A stretch of 64,000 nt of DNA from Candidatus Oxydemutatoraceae bacterium (lineage in GTDB: Bacteria; Pseudomonadota; Gammaproteobacteria; Poriferisulfidales; Oxydemutatoraceae): positions 1,152,001-1,216,000 of the forward strand of contig CBDCOZ010000003.1 of assembly GCA_965220085.1 (NCBI GenBank). Reading direction: 5' to 3'. The translations under genes and the position numbers were made by a program. Shown piece after piece: positions 60,265-64,000 of this stretch. Position 1 is the first letter of the stretch. Every line of letters starts with the position of its first letter. Below the pieces are notes generated by a model. The model did not search any database, was not told the origin of the DNA, and worked only from the letters and a program-made list of their open reading frames with translations.

Positions 60265-61546
60265 ATGCAGTTTTCACCGGAACCACAGGATGCCCTGACA
60301 ACGTACGATTATATTAATACCCCCCCCCTTGTACGAGAGGCATCCGGTGGCGCGGCTTAGCCTCTGGTCGCTCGCTCTGCTCGCCCTGATTGCAATCTGC
60401 GCTCAGGCACAGGCGCAGACCGCACCCGTCGCTGGGGACAACACCATAGAGGTGTACGTCACCGCAACCGCCGACAATCCCTACGTCTTCGAGAAGAACG
60501 ATTTTCCCTTTGAGGATGACGACAAGCACGCCTTTGCCAGGGTGGATCTGGGCAGTGTGCCCACCGTCGGCACCCTGAGGACGGGCGCTGTCGCCTCAGC
60601 GATGGGGCATCAATTTTATGCGAATCCCACCGGCAGTCAGAGCGGGTTTTCCGACCTTACCTACTACCCGGCGCCGGGGCAGAGCCCGACCGAGGGCTAC
60701 GCCAGTTTCACATTCGGCGTACGCGATTCCTCCGGTGCGCTCAGCCATGCTCTTGCCACCATCACCATAGATCTGGTGCGGGCGCCGCAACTGCCGGCAA
60801 CCGGCGCGCCCGCGGTCACGGCGCCCATGGGCAGCACAGCCTGGCACGAGGATGTGACCCTGACGGCATCCATCGGCACTGTCAGAGATGCCAATGGCAT
60901 TAGCACCGACACCATAGCATGGCAATGGGAACATGCCGCCGCTCCCGCCAGCGGCATCCCGGCCACCAGCGCATACGCCGCCATAGCCGGGGCCGACGAC
61001 GACACATTCACGCCCCTGCAGGATCATGTGGGCGACTATGTGCGGGTATGCGTCTCTTTCATGGACAACTTCATGGTGCCCGGCGACGAGCGGCGATGCA
61101 CCGCGGGCAATGTCATCGTCAATGTCAATGATGCGCCCGCCAGCGCCGATGCCTTTGTCAATGTGCCGATTACCGCAACCGCCGATATGCCGTTCTACTT
61201 TAGCGCCGGGCATTTTGCGTTCATGGATGAGGATGTCGGCGACAATGCGGACTTTGAAAGCGTCAGCATAAGCCTCCCCGGCAGGAGCAACATTGCCGGC
61301 ACATTGCGCCTCGGCGCCGAGCCGGGGTTTGCAAGAGGCACCGCGACCAGCGTTAACTTTGACGACATAGCCACGCTCAACTTTTATCCGAACACGGACC
61401 AGCAGGCTACCACCGCCTATTCCACATTCTCATTTGCCGTGTACGATGGCGCGACGTACAGCGAAATCCACACCATGACCATCAACCTGGTGCCTGCCGA
61501 CATACGCTTGCGGCTGCGCCTCTTCCTGGAAGGCCCGTTGCGATAG
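60265..61546 (+). CDS. Secreted Ig/cadherin-like protein with C-terminal RLRLRLFLEGPLR; frameshifted at a C9 tract
   Basis: GAGGA SD and ATG at 60265; C9 at 60320-60328; main frame 60329-61546 has a signal peptide and VNVNDAP; paralogous to the 50487 gene. Confidence 0.7.
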
Positions 61547-61707
61547 CGCAAGCGACACCCCTTCGCATATCCATGTTTTAGGCGTGTTTTAATAATTTTC
61601 GTGCCGCTTATCGGACGGATAGGGCATTCGGTCAGAAACCCCTGATGCCCCCGCCGAGTGTGGGATAATATGCGAATAATCTATTCATTATTATTGGGAG
61701 AAGTACA

Positions 61708-62757
61708 GTGGATGAGACTCGAAAGAAAGCGTTATCGGTCGCCTTGTCGCAGATTGAAAAGCAGTTTGGCAAAGGTTCAATTATGCGGCTCGGCGATGTC
61801 GGCGCGAAATTGGATATCGATGTTATCTCAACCGGAGCGTTTGCGTTGGATGCCGCGCTCGGTATCGGCGGCCTGCCGCGCGGGCGCATCGTAGAAATTT
61901 TTGGGCCGGAGTCATCCGGCAAAACGACATTGGCATTGCATGTGGTGTCCGAGTGTCAGGCGAGCGGAGGCACGGCGGCTTATGTCGATGCCGAACACGC
62001 GCTGGACCCGGTCTATGCCAAGAAGCTCGGCGTCAATGTGGAGGAGTTGCTGATATCGCAACCCGACACCGGCGAGCAAGGGCTTGAGATTGTGGACATG
62101 CTGGTGCGCTCCGGCTCGGTGGATATGATTGTCGTCGACTCGGTCGCCGCTTTGACACCGCGCGCCGAGATAGAAGGGGAGATGGGGGATTCCCATATGG
62201 GTTTGCAGGCGCGCCTGATGTCGCAAGCGCTGCGCAAACTGACCGGCAACATCACCCGTTCCAATGTGTTGGTGATTTTCATCAACCAGATTCGGATGAA
62301 GATCGGCGTGATGTTCGGCAACCCCGAGACGACTACCGGCGGCAATGCGCTGAAGTTTTACGCTTCGGTGCGGCTTGACATTCGTCGTATCGGCGCGATC
62401 AAAAAAGGCGACCAGTTCTTGGGCGCCGAGACCCGTGTCAAGGTGGTGAAGAACAAACTCGCGCCGCCGTTTAGAACCGCCGAGTTTGAAATTTGGTTTG
62501 ACGAAGGCATTTCCAAATTGCCGCAGTTGATAGACATGGGAGTGCGTCACGAGATATTGGAAAAGCTCGGTTCCTGGTACAGCTATAACGGCGACAAAAT
62601 CGGCCAAGGCAAGGACAACGCCCGCGTCTGGCTAAAAGAACACCCCGAGGCGGCGGCGGAAATCGAGCAACGCTTGCGCGATGCGATATTCGGCGCCGGC
62701 AAGGAGGAAGAGGTCGCGGATGCCGCGCTGACAGACAAAGCCGGCGATGGCGACTAA
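61708..62757 (+). CDS. recA: Recombinase A
   Basis: [44 protein letters not shown]. Confidence 0.99.
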   Translation: MDETRKKALSVALSQIEKQFGKGSIMRLGDVGAKLDIDVISTGAFALDAALGIGGLPRGRIVEIFGPESSGKTTLALHVVSECQASGGTAAYVDAEHALDPVYAKKLGVNVEELLISQPDTGEQGLEIVDMLVRSGSVDMIVVDSVAALTPRAEIEGEMGDSHMGLQARLMSQALRKLTGNITRSNVLVIFINQIRMKIGVMFGNPETTTGGNALKFYASVRLDIRRIGAIKKGDQFLGAETRVKVVKNKLAPPFRTAEFEIWFDEGISKLPQLIDMGVRHEILEKLGSWYSYNGDKIGQGKDNARVWLKEHPEAAAEIEQRLRDAIFGAGKEEEVADAALTDKAGDGD

Positions 62758-63208
62758 ACAGCGCGCGCCGGCATTGGAAAAGGCGCTGGAGTATCTTGGA
62801 AGAAGAGAGCATTACAGGCGGGAGTTAAAGCAGAAACTTAAGGCCAAAGGCTACTCCCCGGCGGAGATAGACGAGGCCCTTGAGCGGTTGCAACAGAGCG
62901 GGAAGTTATCCGAGCAACGTTATCTGGAGGCCTACATCTTTGAGCGTCAGCGTCGGTTGTACGGCCCGCGATGGATACGCGCGCAACTGATATGCAAAGG
63001 CTTTGCTGCCGAGGCGACGGATGCGGCATTGTCCGACGATACGATAGATTGGCATGAGAATATGCGCCGCTGTTGTGACAAAAAATTTGGCGAGGGCGGA
63101 ACCACGGATGCGAAAGAAAAAATCCGGCGCAGAGACTACCTTTACCGGCGCGGTTTTATGCCGGAGATGATCAATCGGTTATTCGGTGAGTACGACGATA
63201 TTCAGTAA
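62747..63208 (+). CDS. recX: Regulatory protein RecX
   Basis: LGRREH..ELKQKL, YGP.WI..QL..KG, YLYRRGF; follows recA. Confidence 0.93.
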   Translation: MATKQRAPALEKALEYLGRREHYRRELKQKLKAKGYSPAEIDEALERLQQSGKLSEQRYLEAYIFERQRRLYGPRWIRAQLICKGFAAEATDAALSDDTIDWHENMRRCCDKKFGEGGTTDAKEKIRRRDYLYRRGFMPEMINRLFGEYDDIQ

Positions 63209-64000
63209 TGCAGACCCTGCTTCCGGTCTTGGCGTTTACCTGCGTCTGCTCGGTTATGTCAGAGGCTATGCCAAATATTTCCTGATCGCTTTCGTCGGCA
63301 TGGCGCTCTATTCGCTGGGCGATGCGGGCTTTGCCGCGCTGGTGAAGCCGCTGTTTGACGAGAGCCTGATCAAGCAAGACGACAGCGTCACCGGCTTGCT
63401 CGCGTTGCTGGTCGTCGGCGTGTTGTTCATGCGCGGCTTGGGAGCTTTTCTTACTTCCGCTTTTCTGGCATACGTCAGCGAGGGCATCACGCGACAGTTG
63501 CGGCTTGAATTGCTGCGGCATATGTTGCGGATGGAAATCGGTTACTACGATGCCAACTCAAGCGGCAAATTGATCTCGCGCCTGACCTTTAATGTCAGCG
63601 GCGTATCGCAGGCCCTGACCAAGACTCTGACGGTTATGATTCGCGATACCCTGACGGCGCTGGTCTTGCTCGGCTGGATGTTTTACCTGAGTTGGGCGCT
63701 GACCTTGGTGCTGGTGTTGGTGTCGCCGCTGATGGGCTTGTTGCTGGTCTATGTCAACAAGCGCTTTCGCAGCGCCCGCGGGCGCTTGCAGGATGCGATG
63801 GGGCTTTTGACCCGCGACATTGAGCAGATGGTGCGCGGCATACACGTGATTAAAATCTTCGGCAATCAGAAGTTTGAGAGCAAGGAGTTTGAGCGCGACA
63901 ACAATGCGGTCTATCGTTATGCGTTGAAAATCGCGCGGACGAAAGCGATGGCGACACCGGTCGCCATTTTTGTTATCGGGCTCGCGCTGGCCGGGGTTAT
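63186..64000 (+). CDS. msbA: Lipid A export ABC transporter MsbA-like (3'-partial)
   Basis: My translation: YLRLLGYV...YYDANSSGKLISRLTFNV...IRDTLT..LLGWMFYLSW.LTL; absent from the ORF track because it runs off the window. Confidence 0.8.
   Translation, partial: MSTTIFSNADPASGLGVYLRLLGYVRGYAKYFLIAFVGMALYSLGDAGFAALVKPLFDESLIKQDDSVTGLLALLVVGVLFMRGLGAFLTSAFLAYVSEGITRQLRLELLRHMLRMEIGYYDANSSGKLISRLTFNVSGVSQALTKTLTVMIRDTLTALVLLGWMFYLSWALTLVLVLVSPLMGLLLVYVNKRFRSARGRLQDAMGLLTRDIEQMVRGIHVIKIFGNQKFESKEFERDNNAVYRYALKIARTKAMATPVAIFVIGLALAGV

Noticed and set aside
60170-61595. IS-like ends (TAGGATGTGTTTGA / TAGGCGTGTTTTA) around the second FLEGPLR gene
   Set aside because: Short, imperfect, in direct rather than inverted orientation, and no transposase; not distinguishable from chance.
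61560-61707. LexA (SOS) box upstream of recA
   Set aside because: No CTGT-N8-ACAG match found by eye.

Overview
A gammaproteobacterial chromosome segment, judged from the 23S/5S rRNA and the lepB-rnc-era-recO-pdxJ-acpS and mutS/recA/recX gene order. A host-associated marine lifestyle is my inference from the haloperoxidases, GlyGly-CTERM proteins and adhesin-like proteins. The rRNA operon is split. A 23S gene with its own promoter and terminator has no adjacent 16S, tRNA or 5S, and its helix-45 intervening sequence contains an SD-led 37-aa ORF. The 5S gene lies about 44 kb downstream at the head of the lepB-rnc operon. The accessory region between them holds: (1) four operons (two vanadium haloperoxidases, lipoproteins, a PPC-repeat protein, TraT) plus a stand-alone LuxR-type HTH gene, all preceded by the same ATACCCCA-tt-TGGG palindrome at a fixed spacing from a -10 box; (2) heme, iron, zinc and phosphate uptake genes with clear Fur, Zur and Pho boxes; (3) three tandem PD-(D/E)XK nucleases with divergent C-terminal halves; (4) a decayed BsuBI/PstI-like R-M system. 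Three secreted proteins share an RLRLR(L/V)FLEGPLR tag. The two carrying it at the C-terminus are each separated from their SD-led ATG by a poly-C tract that is one nucleotide out of frame. Tandem duplication of gene ends is pervasive (mutS x8, hmuU/hmuV x4, zur/znuC, rarA). All calls are by eye; no database searches were run.
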